DNA of 63,179 bases, filler included, from Octopus bimaculoides (lineage: Eukaryota), in the NCBI RefSeq assembly GCF_001194135.2. It is 10 parts of 8 records of this genome, joined end to end, with 100 filler letters (N's around TTAATTAATTAA, not from the genome) between each part and the next. Parts side by side here need not be neighbours in the genome. Positions count along the whole stretch, not along the records: positions 60,929 to 63,179 come from NC_069003.1; 9 more parts are not named here. One strand, given 5' to 3'. The translations under genes and the position numbers were made by a program. The stretch's first letter is position 1. The number at the start of each line of letters is the position of its first letter. The notes beneath the pieces are model-generated. The model was given only the letters and a program-made list of their open reading frames with translations, had not been told where the DNA came from and did no database searches. Of this stretch, positions 63,113 through 63,179 are shown one piece after another.

Positions 63113-63179
<67 letters not shown>

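Noticed and set aside
1-63179. CRISPR arrays, rRNA genes or prokaryotic operons
   Set aside because: No regularly spaced repeat-spacer structure or rRNA-like sequence; the DNA is eukaryotic repeat-rich sequence.

Overview
Repeat-dominated, AT-rich animal genomic DNA from a gapped draft assembly with many N runs. The SINE families and extreme microsatellite density resemble octopus/coleoid cephalopod DNA; this is an inference from recalled repeats, not a search result. No host gene, rRNA, true tRNA or CRISPR array can be supported. The window is a graveyard of decayed mobile elements: three R4/Dong-clade non-LTR fragments, two Tx1/L1-like LINE fragments, Penelope-like remnants, mariner and Tc1 DNA transposons, a Kolobok-like non-autonomous element, about 15 tRNA-derived SINE pieces and many microsatellites. 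Most interesting structures: (1) a Penelope-like remnant bracketed by ~210-bp inverted repeats, each carrying a minimal type I hammerhead ribozyme motif with a palindromic stem III (7481-8952); (2) a Tx1-like LINE with twin-priming 5' inversion geometry; (3) a fold-back mariner made of two 5' halves; (4) a Tc1 with DD36E spacing; (5) a Dong element embedded in a (TAA)n tract; (6) a palindromic element whose arms contain tRNA-type B boxes. Coordinates of degenerate elements are approximate and were read by eye.
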